Of a stretch of 64,000 nt of DNA, positions 21,399 through 30,210 are shown one piece after another. The number at the start of each line of letters is the position of its first letter. Position 1 is the stretch's first letter. Origin of the DNA: a virus; the UHGV virus genome UHGV-0125199; one strand, written 5' to 3'. Below the pieces are notes generated by a model, which was not told the origin of the DNA, made no database searches, and was given only the letters and a program-made list of their open reading frames with translations. The translations under genes were made by a program, and so were the position numbers.

Positions 21399-21590
21399 TT
21401 GGCATATAATGCAAAAGCAGATGAGAACTATAGAAAAAAATGTAAAACAATCGGGCTCAAATTTACTTTGAATGAATTAGCTTTTTATGAAAATATTGTT
21501 AAACATTGCGAAAGCAACAACTTATCTTTACAAGGATATATAAAAGACCTGGTGCGAAAAGATCTTAATAATGATAAGGGTATAAAATGA
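21399..21590 (+). CDS. ribbon-helix-helix (CopG/Arc-like) DNA-binding protein
   Basis: 'IGLKFTLNELAFYENIVKHCESNNLSLQGYIKDLVRKDL' beta-strand + two helices pattern. Confidence 0.5.
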   Translation: MAYNAKADENYRKKCKTIGLKFTLNELAFYENIVKHCESNNLSLQGYIKDLVRKDLNNDKGIK

Positions 21591-21853
21591 AAAATAAACA
21601 CAAGAAAAATAATAATAACCCTATAGATATACCTGTACAATCTGGCATCCATGATATTTATAAAAGTGGGTTGAGTCGTAATATAGGGACTGCTGTACAC
21701 GTTGGATATTTACACTCGAATGACGACAGGCGGCACAAGTCACGTTGTATTTATTATGATAAATCAGATAAATTATGTCATTGCGGGAAAAGTGGCTGCT
21801 ATATGATGCGATGCTGTGGCAGCTCTCATTGCACAGGTTATCGAGAGTATTAG
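21587..21853 (+). CDS. Cys/His-rich small protein, translationally coupled (ATGA) to RHH gene
   Basis: 'RCIYYDKSDKLCHCGKSGCYMMRCCGSSHCTGY'. Confidence 0.4.
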   Translation: MKNKHKKNNNNPIDIPVQSGIHDIYKSGLSRNIGTAVHVGYLHSNDDRRHKSRCIYYDKSDKLCHCGKSGCYMMRCCGSSHCTGYREY

Positions 21854-21859
21854 CTGTAT

Positions 21860-22510
21860 ATAATAAGTAGTAATGCGTTTTATGAGTGCGTAACTATAGA
21901 TTACGTGTAGTGACATGTATTGTAGGTAATATGTGTGTATGGTAGTTTTTTGATAAGTAGATATGATTGTGTTTAGTGTGATATGATGTGATTTATTGCA
22001 TGATTTATGCATGGCTGCCAGGGCATATTTTAATAAATTAGGAATCATTACTGTTATTAGTGTGGTATTGTTTTTTTGTGATGTATATTTATGTATATTG
22101 TTGATAAGTTTACACGTAGTATTAAAAACTACGTGTAGTTATATGTAATACTATATCATATAGTCGTACGAGCTATATCATGTAATTTGAACATTGTTGT
22201 TGTTAGTAATAATTACTATTTTTTATTATTAAAATTTTTCACTAAAATTCCGAACTCTATAGAATCTCTTAGAAGTCCATAGATTTTACCGCTAAAATCC
22301 CGCCCGCAAAAGAGCTGTCGTTGCTACGCAAAAAAACGTCTTTTCAAAACTTATATTGTCCATAAAATCCCTATATACCGCCCCCTGTTTTCAGATCTTT
22401 ACAATCAAAACTTTTGCACTTTTCATCAATGTGTAAAAGTCCATAAAATAGCATAATAGTGTAGTATTACACCAGTCCATAATAGGGGCGGTATTAAACA
22501 TTTTTAGCGT
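21860..22510. repeat. AT-rich repeat/inverted-repeat region (possible replication origin or regulatory hub)
   Basis: ACGTGTAGT x3 (21904, 22113/22131 as 10-bp palindrome arms TACACGTAGT...ACTACGTGTA); GTCCATA(A) x4 (22275, 22358, 22439, 22485); TATACCGCCCC (22374) inverted with GGGGCGGTAT (22495). Confidence 0.45.
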
Positions 22511-22539
22511 CTGTTGTACATCAAATATAGCAGGTATGG

Positions 22540-23026
22540 GTTCTATCCACACCTCACTACCAAAATTTCGACCTCCGATTTCAACACCAAAATTTTCATC
22601 TTCCACTTCAAAAATCCCCAAAATTACCCAAAAATACTTCGGGAACTCTCTCGACCAACAAAGCATAAACACTGCGTTTCTACCATTCTAAACAGTCCAA
22701 AAATAACCAAAATCCACCACAATATCCATTCAAACCCCAAGCAAACTCTTACCGTTACTGCATTTTCCCGAACTCAACTTATATTCCAAAAAATTACATA
22801 TAAAACACACTATCAAAATCCATAAAACCACGCCACCTTATCCCTCAGTGTGCCCACATAAATACTGGCATCTCCCGGTATAAAAACATCACACAAAATT
22901 ACCTCTCTACCGAAGTACCATATTTTCAAATTTATTAACGCAAAAAAATAAGCAGCCAATTCCTAAGATAAGTCCTTAAGAACCAACTGCTATTATTTAT
23001 AATCACCCTATAATCATAAAATACCT
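22540..23026. other. ~490-nt strongly G-depleted (C/A-rich) tract on plus strand, no convincing ORF
   Basis: long stretches lacking G: 'ccaaaatttcgacctccgatttcaacaccaaaattttcatcttccacttcaaaaatccccaaaattacccaaaaatac...'. Confidence 0.5.
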
Positions 23027-23455
23027 TCAATAATATTTATTAAATATATCCCCATCTATATCACTAATATCATGAACCGGTACCTCAGTTCCATTTTCAA
23101 ATATTACAACATTTCTGTATTCGTGTACCTTCTTCACTCTCCCACTCATTGTAATATACTTTCCACCATCTTTCTTTAAATCTTTTTCAAAATATGTGAT
23201 TCTGACATCCGGATCAACATCACCGTCATCTAAACATTTTCTTAAAATACTCAATCTCTCATTCAGCCTATCCAAAACATCCTCATCAAATTCAATCCTT
23301 TTATCTGTTAATCTTGCAGTCTCTTTAATTTCTGCATCATAACCTGTCAATGCAGCAAATGGAGAAAATTGAGCAGCTCTATCTCGCATACTCATTTGAG
23401 GATATTTTTTAGAGACAAAATGTGGCAGATCAATAATATCATCGTATTTACCCAT
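23027..23455 (-). CDS. YolD-like protein (UmuD-functional-analog family found with Firmicute Y-family polymerases)
   Basis: immediately downstream of Y-family polymerase; 'MSMRDRAAQFSPFAALTGYDAEI' YolD-like N-terminus. Confidence 0.55.
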   Translation of the reverse strand: MGKYDDIIDLPHFVSKKYPQMSMRDRAAQFSPFAALTGYDAEIKETARLTDKRIEFDEDVLDRLNERLSILRKCLDDGDVDPDVRITYFEKDLKKDGGKYITMSGRVKKVHEYRNVVIFENGTEVPVHDISDIDGDIFNKYY

Positions 23456-23464
23456 AACACACCC

Positions 23465-24988
23465 CTATGCTTTATGTCCACCAATTTGATTATTCCTATC
23501 TATTGCAGTAGCTCCTTCTTGTAGACTCATGCCTTTTAAAATTGCATTTTTCCCAAATTTTTTCTTGATATCCAAGACAGCTTTCTGAATATCTTTTTCT
23601 TTTTTAAGTTGTTCCTGGTCTACTGCATTTTCCTTTTCAGCAATCATATCAAATAAATTAAGCTGTTCATATCTATCCTTTTTCGCTTCCTTTTCGCTGA
23701 TCACATGATTTGCAGACATATTGATTCTTCTGACAAGTAAATTTTCGTCTACAATTCTACTGAATAAATCAAGCACAGCTCTTACAATCACGCTAGTAGA
23801 AGACGTATAACTATCTAAATTTACTGTTCCATGAGCATGTTTTGGAATCTTTCTCCCATATTGATCAAAAGAGAACTCACCTTTATACTTACTCATTCTG
23901 GAAGAATCTAATAGATTTTCTCTATCGTAGCCAATCGTTAATACAATCTGATCCGTTACAAGATTCTTACTAACCAAATCTAAGACCAGCATCTCAGTCA
24001 TTTCACGTACAATAATTTTCGTTTTATCAAAATCAGTTCCACAGTGTAAAACCTGTCCGCTTCCAATACTATTGCTCTCCGGCTTATATGCTTTTATATC
24101 TGAAATTGTAACCGGTTCATAACCCCATGCATGGTCAATCAAAAGCTCTGTATTTTTACCAAACATTCTACGCAGCAAGTCTTCATTATAATAATCTGAC
24201 TCTTTTCCAAGAGAACATCTTGCGATATCGCCCATTGTATATAGTCCTACAGATTCTAATTTTTTAATATACCCTCTACCTACTCGCCAAAAATCAGTCA
24301 ATGGTTTATGTTCCCATAGCTTCTCTCGATATGACTTTTCATCCAATTCTGCAATTCTCACACCATTTTCATCTGCAGGTATATGTTTGGCAACAATATC
24401 CATTGCTATTTTACAAAGATACAAATTAGTTCCTATTCCTGCGGTTGCAGTAATTCCAGTTGTATTCAAGACATCCAATATCATCTTCTGTGCAAGTTCT
24501 TTTGCGGATAATCCATACGTATTCAAATAAGAAGTCACATCCATAAATACTTCATCAATAGAATATACATGGATATCTTCAGGAGCAACATATTTCAAAT
24601 AGATATTATAAATCCTTGTGCTATATTTCATATAAAAAGCCATACGTGGTGGAGCCACAATATAATCAACTTTTAAATCCGGATTTGTATCAAGAATTTT
24701 TTTACTATATGACTGTCCGGGAAACTCATTCTTTTTCAATCGATATAATCTTGTTGCATTAATTTCTTGCACCCGCTGCACAACCTCAAATAATCTTGGT
24801 CTTCCAGATATACCATATGATTTCAAAGACGGCGTTACTGCAAGACAAATTGTTTTCTCTGTACGACTGTTGTCTGCAACAACTAAATTCGTATCCATTG
24901 GATCCAAGCCACGTTCTATACACTCTACTGATGCGTAAAAACTTTTTAGATCAATCGCAATATATGACTTATTATTCATGCAGCACAC
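23465..24988 (-). CDS. Y-family DNA polymerase (UmuC/DinB/UvrX-like translesion polymerase)
   Basis: 'YIAIDLKSFYASVE' catalytic Asp motif region; palm/finger 'SIDEVFMDVT'. Confidence 0.75.
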   Translation of the reverse strand: MCCMNNKSYIAIDLKSFYASVECIERGLDPMDTNLVVADNSRTEKTICLAVTPSLKSYGISGRPRLFEVVQRVQEINATRLYRLKKNEFPGQSYSKKILDTNPDLKVDYIVAPPRMAFYMKYSTRIYNIYLKYVAPEDIHVYSIDEVFMDVTSYLNTYGLSAKELAQKMILDVLNTTGITATAGIGTNLYLCKIAMDIVAKHIPADENGVRIAELDEKSYREKLWEHKPLTDFWRVGRGYIKKLESVGLYTMGDIARCSLGKESDYYNEDLLRRMFGKNTELLIDHAWGYEPVTISDIKAYKPESNSIGSGQVLHCGTDFDKTKIIVREMTEMLVLDLVSKNLVTDQIVLTIGYDRENLLDSSRMSKYKGEFSFDQYGRKIPKHAHGTVNLDSYTSSTSVIVRAVLDLFSRIVDENLLVRRINMSANHVISEKEAKKDRYEQLNLFDMIAEKENAVDQEQLKKEKDIQKAVLDIKKKFGKNAILKGMSLQEGATAIDRNNQIGGHKA

Positions 24989-25039
24989 CTCCTACTATAT
25001 GTATCATAACAAAAAATTTAAAATTTATCCATATAAAAT

Positions 25040-25053
25040 CGAAAGTATGTTTG
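25040..25053. promoter_or_regulatory. possible degenerate LexA/Cheo-like box (CGAAAGTATGTTTG) upstream of Y-polymerase operon
   Basis: 11/14 match to Firmicute CGAACATATGTTCG consensus; located 52-65 nt upstream of start codon. Confidence 0.3.
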
Positions 25054-25086
25054 CTTTGTTATGTGTCTGTATCAAATAAAACAAAA

Positions 25087-25131
25087 AGAGCAGATTAGAA
25101 TTCTAATGAACTCTTCTGCTCTTTCTGTTTT
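25087..25131. terminator. bidirectional intrinsic terminator
   Basis: AGAGCAGA...TCTGCTCT stem flanked by A-run upstream and T-run downstream. Confidence 0.55.
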
Positions 25132-25305
25132 TAGCAACTATAAAATAAATTATAATTACTATTTATTACTACTCTAAAACACCTACAATTTACAATTATA
25201 ATACTATACTTTCATATTTTTATCAAGATATTTTTACATATTTCGACAAAATCCCCTTTTTTTCTAAAAACACATCAAATTAATTAGATTGTACTACCGC
25301 TATAT

Positions 25306-25803
25306 TTAAAACTCAATTCTACAATGCAACATTATCTTTAATGGTTTATACATTTTTGAATGAAAAATTTGCGGATCAGGAAGATCAAATTCTTGATCCA
25401 CTCCTAAATCTGTTTCTCTAAGTACAGTCCCTACAACCTTCATTGACATTCCATTTTCTTCAGCTAATTTATTTATATGATGAACATAGCCATCATAATA
25501 TCCGATTCCTTCAAATTTAAATTGTACTTTTGTTTCTATCATTCTGTTTTCAGAAAATGACAAATCCTCTACAATAGGACGAGAAAATTTATTTAAATAA
25601 CATTCCTCATAGAAAGAAATAATCCTTTTGCCATCTTCTGTAATATACTTACCCTCTTTTGCCTTTTCTTTTATATCGCTTTTAACTTCCATGAAATCAT
25701 ATTCAGCAAACTTCATACCATATTGATAATCATCTTGATACTTTTCTGTAGCAGCTTCCTCCGGTGTTTTTGATATTTCATTTAATTCATCCAAAAAACT
25801 CAT
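25306..25803 (-). CDS. hypothetical protein (165 aa)
   Basis: ORF; terminator downstream. Confidence 0.45.
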   Translation of the reverse strand: MSFLDELNEISKTPEEAATEKYQDDYQYGMKFAEYDFMEVKSDIKEKAKEGKYITEDGKRIISFYEECYLNKFSRPIVEDLSFSENRMIETKVQFKFEGIGYYDGYVHHINKLAEENGMSMKVVGTVLRETDLGVDQEFDLPDPQIFHSKMYKPLKIMLHCRIEF

Positions 25804-26360
25804 AGTACTACTCTCCTATTCCTTTTGATATTTACATAGTAGCACAATACTATGAATTTTTATAGAAATTTTTAAATCGTTAAGAGAATTAAAGTATGAA
25901 ACAAAGAAACCGTTCAAATATTTTTAATAATAAAGGGAGAAATGATATGAGCAAATTGTAAATAATGATTTAAGAAAATAAGGATTTAATGAAGAAGCAT
26001 AAAAGAAATTATAAAAAATTTTTCTATTTCAATTTAAATTGTATCTTTGCGTCAGCAAAGACTTTGCGAAGCAAAGTGAAACGGAGACACGAAGAAAGGG
26101 TCGCCTGCGGCTCTTTCTGAAGTGGATCCAACATTACCTAGATCTCTCTATATATAAGGAATTACGAATTTATATCAAAAAAATTATTTATAAAGAGAGA
26201 ATTATTAACTGGGGGAAGGAAGACCAAATTCATAAGTCTTACTACGCACCTTGTTCGCCAAGGCTCACAATCTGCTAGTGCGACTAAATGAATTATGCTC
26301 TTTTTTGCACTTCCCCCAGACCCCCTTCGCGCACTATAAAATGGATAAAAAATTCAATTA

Positions 26361-26390
26361 AAATCTCTCTAAACCCTTATAAACACTGGG
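26361..26390 (+). repeat. 30-bp direct repeat copy 1 (AAATCTCTCTAAACCCTTATAAACACTGGG)
   Basis: identical copy at 26461-26490; degenerate copy at 33025-33047. Confidence 0.8.
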
Positions 26391-26416
26391 TTTTTGTCGA
26401 AAAACATCCTTTAAAG

Positions 26417-26446
26417 TCTCCCTATATTATATATATATTAGGGAGA
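26417..26446. repeat. perfect 30-bp palindrome TCTCCCTATATTATATATATATTAGGGAGA between the direct repeats
   Basis: self-complementary 8-bp arms around (TA)n core. Confidence 0.8.
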
Positions 26447-26460
26447 AATGAAAGGATGCG

Positions 26461-26490
26461 AAATCTCTCTAAACCCTTATAAACACTGGG
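26461..26490 (+). repeat. 30-bp direct repeat copy 2
   Basis: identical to 26361-26390. Confidence 0.8.
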
Positions 26491-26548
26491 AAAATTGGCA
26501 TTTTAGGTGTGCAAAAAACGATAAAAAACTAATTTAAGGAGAAAACAC

Positions 26549-27652
26549 GTGAACAAATTAAATATCAAAAAAGGGAAAATTACAGAAAAAAAATTAGTAG
26601 AGCTATATGGGAGTGATGCGCAGAAAAAATCATATAAAGAAAATGGACGTTTTATAAGTAACTATAAAAAGACTTTACTTACAAAAATGTCTCGATATTG
26701 TAACATTGAAGATTTAGGTGGCAGAACATATAGAATCAAAAAAGTATATGACTATCCTCTTCCATCAAATTTCAATAAGATGACAAAATCATTATATCAA
26801 TATATTGTTCCTCTTCTACTTACTAACTTAATTAATGGTCACGACGAAAATAACAAAATAGATATAACAGTTGGAAAATGGGCGAGAGAAATTAATATGG
26901 TAAATAAAAATTATAATCTTGTTAAATACAACAGAGAAGATACGAGTAAAGAAACGCAGTGTTCTTTAGATACTATAAATGAATTTTATGACAAAGCTGA
27001 TGACATGATTGAATGGTACATAACAAATGCACTTGATTATTTAAAATCTGCAGGATTAGTTATCTGGAGAGAGGTTTATAGAGTAAACGAAGAAATATCA
27101 AGCGGCAAAAATATTATTGATGAAAACGGGAATATACACGTTGATATTTCTATTGATAGTCATCAAGCATCTGAAGATGAAATGAACTACTACTCTCATT
27201 GTGTTTCAATTGCTGATAAAGCAGCAAAAATAGAAAATGCTGGAGAACGATATTATAGTAAAAAATCAAAATTATTTGGAGAAGTATTAAAGAAAGAACT
27301 ATATAAAAAGAAAATCAAATGTGTTTTCAAAACATATGAAGCATATTATGTAGATCTTGACAAATGCAATTTTATATTAAAACAGTTTGGTAAATTCAAA
27401 ATGAATAATTTAATAAGTGAATTCAATAAAGAGTTTACAGATTTATTGGTTGGAAATGCGGAAAAAAGGTTTGATAAAAATCCGGATAAATATTTTTCTT
27501 ATGCAGAAAAGGATGATTACAGCTTATGTTTTCAAAATTTATGCGAAATAACAATTGATAAAAATACAGAATATCTTGGAAACAGAATAAGAGAAAAAAC
27601 AATTAATGATGATTATACTCTAAAAATCACATCATCAAGGAAAGGAAAATAG
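26549..27652 (+). CDS. hypothetical protein (367 aa), GTG start, translationally coupled to downstream UvrD-like helicase
   Basis: stop 5 nt before helicase ATG; no recognisable motif by eye. Confidence 0.5.
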   Translation: MNKLNIKKGKITEKKLVELYGSDAQKKSYKENGRFISNYKKTLLTKMSRYCNIEDLGGRTYRIKKVYDYPLPSNFNKMTKSLYQYIVPLLLTNLINGHDENNKIDITVGKWAREINMVNKNYNLVKYNREDTSKETQCSLDTINEFYDKADDMIEWYITNALDYLKSAGLVIWREVYRVNEEISSGKNIIDENGNIHVDISIDSHQASEDEMNYYSHCVSIADKAAKIENAGERYYSKKSKLFGEVLKKELYKKKIKCVFKTYEAYYVDLDKCNFILKQFGKFKMNNLISEFNKEFTDLLVGNAEKRFDKNPDKYFSYAEKDDYSLCFQNLCEITIDKNTEYLGNRIREKTINDDYTLKITSSRKGK

Positions 27653-27656
27653 ACAT

Positions 27657-29534
27657 ATGAATTTTAATAAACAACAAGAAGAAACTATTAATACAATAGA
27701 AGGAAACGTGGCGGTTATTGCCACAGCAGGTTCCGGTAAAACAACTGTTCTTACCCATAGAATTAAAAAAATGGTTGAAGAACATAATATATTACCATCT
27801 TCTATCCTGGCAATTACTTTTAGCAAAAAAGCAAAAGAAAATATAAACGAAAAACTAATGGAACTTAATATATCGAATGTATCTGTAGAGACTTTTCATT
27901 CATTTGCTTTGAAGATTATCTCCTCTGTGTATGGAATCAAAAAATTTAAAATATGGACAACACCATGGGAAAAAGAAAAAACAATAAAATGGATTTGTAG
28001 TGACTCTTTATTACTTTGCGATTCTGATAATGTCCCATACAACGAAATTACATCGTTTATTGCGTTGCAGAAAAATAACATGAAAACCCCAAATGATGAT
28101 TTAATTTACACTCCGGATCCCCCATTTAAAGAAGAGGATATGAAACAAATATATAAAACTTATGAAGAGTATAAAGAAATCAATTCACTTATTGAGTTTG
28201 ATGATTTTTTGAACATGGCAAATAAAATTTTTGATACTGATTATTATACTTTAGAAAAGTATCGAAATATTTTTCAGTATATATTAGTTGATGAATTTCA
28301 GGATATTTCAATTTCTCAAGCATTACTTTTAAGAAAATTAAACACAAAAAACACAATGATCGTCGGAGATCCTCTTCAGGCTATTTATTCATTTAGAGGT
28401 GGTGATAGCAGATTTATTCTAAATTTTGATACTGATTATAAAGATGTAAAAGTTATTAATCTAAATACAAATTATAGATGTAGCAAAGATATTGTATTTA
28501 CAGCAAATAAACTTGCGTTAAGTATTCCTGATTCTCAACACAAAAATTATGTAGAGAGTATTTCAAATAAAGAAAATTTTCAAATTCCTGAGTTAAGACA
28601 TTTCCCTGATGATTATGAAGAATGTTTATGGGTTGCATCAAAAATAGGAGAATTAAAATTTAAAGGATACGATTACAACGACATTGCCATCCTCGCCAGA
28701 ACAAATGCTCAATTACAAAAACTAGAGTCAACGCTGCATGATGAAGATATAGCATTTGAAATTGTTGATGGTAAAACTTTTACAGAATTACCAGAGATCA
28801 AATTGATAATTTCTTACTTTAAACTTGCGTTAAACACAAATGATAATGAATCGTTTTCTTATCTATACAATAAACCAAATCGATGGTTAGATAAAAAATT
28901 TTTAAAAGAAGTAACAGATAACAGTTTTAAAAGAAATATATCATTATACAATTCAATGTTCACGATTGACAGGAGAAATTGGAGATTCAAAAAAGGTATC
29001 GATGAAATCATTGAAGTAATAAATTATTTACAAAACAATCAGAATTCCAACATTTCAGATTTGGTAAGATTTTTGAGAAACAGATTAGACATTGATAAAT
29101 TTGTTACAAAAGGAAAGCAATCAGATGATGGAAGTTATATTGAACAAATCGACAACCTTAACAGTTTTGAAAATATTTGTTCCAAATACTCTTCCATTAA
29201 AGAATTTGTTTCATACATAGATGAGTTAAATACAGAAATGGAGAATAAAGATAATGATAAAGTCAAATTACTTACAATTCATAAGTCAAAAGGTATGGAA
29301 TATCCTGTCGTGTTTATCATTGGATGCAATGAAGAAATCCTGCCACACTATAAGAATGAAAATGTTGATGATGAACGTAGGTTATTCTATGTCGCAATTA
29401 CAAGAGCCGAAAAAGAATTATATCTATCATATGTTGATTTATATAATGGTCAAACAAAATTGATAAGCTCTTTTATTAAAGATGTTGAAAATACAATTAA
29501 AATTATAAAAAACGAAAAAATAAGTGGTGAATAA
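27657..29534 (+). CDS. UvrD/PcrA/Rep-like superfamily-1 DNA helicase
   Basis: Walker A 'ATAGSGKTTVL', 'ILAITFS', 'VDEFQD' (motif II), 'GDPLQAIYSFRGG', 'TNYRC', 'LTIHKSKGMEYPVVFIIG'. Confidence 0.8.
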   Translation: MNFNKQQEETINTIEGNVAVIATAGSGKTTVLTHRIKKMVEEHNILPSSILAITFSKKAKENINEKLMELNISNVSVETFHSFALKIISSVYGIKKFKIWTTPWEKEKTIKWICSDSLLLCDSDNVPYNEITSFIALQKNNMKTPNDDLIYTPDPPFKEEDMKQIYKTYEEYKEINSLIEFDDFLNMANKIFDTDYYTLEKYRNIFQYILVDEFQDISISQALLLRKLNTKNTMIVGDPLQAIYSFRGGDSRFILNFDTDYKDVKVINLNTNYRCSKDIVFTANKLALSIPDSQHKNYVESISNKENFQIPELRHFPDDYEECLWVASKIGELKFKGYDYNDIAILARTNAQLQKLESTLHDEDIAFEIVDGKTFTELPEIKLIISYFKLALNTNDNESFSYLYNKPNRWLDKKFLKEVTDNSFKRNISLYNSMFTIDRRNWRFKKGIDEIIEVINYLQNNQNSNISDLVRFLRNRLDIDKFVTKGKQSDDGSYIEQIDNLNSFENICSKYSSIKEFVSYIDELNTEMENKDNDKVKLLTIHKSKGMEYPVVFIIGCNEEILPHYKNENVDDERRLFYVAITRAEKELYLSYVDLYNGQTKLISSFIKDVENTIKIIKNEKISGE

Positions 29535-29961
29535 TAAGTAATCCTACTTTATGTATTTTGTTTCTAAATGGTGAATTAAAATATGTCCCACATTCAATAA
29601 ACATCATTTAGGAATTTGTAACTTGAAAATCAAATTTCATTTCATTTAAAGAAAGGAGTTATGTGAATGAAAACATAATTATATTTTCTATCACATTAGA
29701 ATTGCAGCGAAGATATCCCTAGAAAATATCTTCCATCGCACAAGTTTTTGTGGATGTTTCATCCACGGTTGGTTTGGATTATTGCGGTAAGTCAGAATCT
29801 AACGTTCCAGACTGCTGCTCTGATCCAAAAGAAATGATGCAATTAGTTAATAGTCAAATTTAAATAAAGAGAATAAATATATGAAACTTATAGTCATCAC
29901 TCAATTAAAGGAGCGAGTCCAATGACAAACAAAAATTATGAAAACAGAGGAGATTTAATTT

Positions 29962-30189
29962 ATGAAAACAAGTACATATGTAACACCAGGAAGCCATAAT
30001 CTTCAGATTCCAAATCGGAGCGAATTTCACAAGTATCTAATTGAAAACATTACAGTTGGTGATTTTAGTACAGGTGGTTGTGCAGATGGTGGAACAAAAA
30101 TTAAGAAAATTGCACACGCAATCAATTGGTCAAAGGCTATGCATAATAAATACTATATTAAGAAATTTTCAGAAGAAAATAGAAAATAA
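29962..30189 (+). CDS. hypothetical small protein (75 aa)
   Basis: good RBS AGAGGAG; ORF. Confidence 0.4.
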   Translation: MKTSTYVTPGSHNLQIPNRSEFHKYLIENITVGDFSTGGCADGGTKIKKIAHAINWSKAMHNKYYIKKFSEENRK

Positions 30190-30210
30190 GTTTAACTACA
30201 TAAGAATGAG

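Noticed and set aside
22391-22825. ORFs 22391..22672 (-) and 22514..22825 (+) in the G-depleted tract
   Set aside because: Their composition is dictated by the base skew, their translations are low-complexity, and they have no RBS.
26361-26490. CRISPR array interpretation of the 30-bp direct repeats
   Set aside because: There are only two identical copies, separated by ~70 nt that contains a palindrome, plus a distant degenerate third copy. The spacer length and organisation are wrong for CRISPR and there are no cas genes.
27657-29534. Calling the helicase pair a Gabija system
   Set aside because: The partner 367-aa protein shows no recognisable ABC-ATPase Walker A or TOPRIM motifs, so it remains unassigned.
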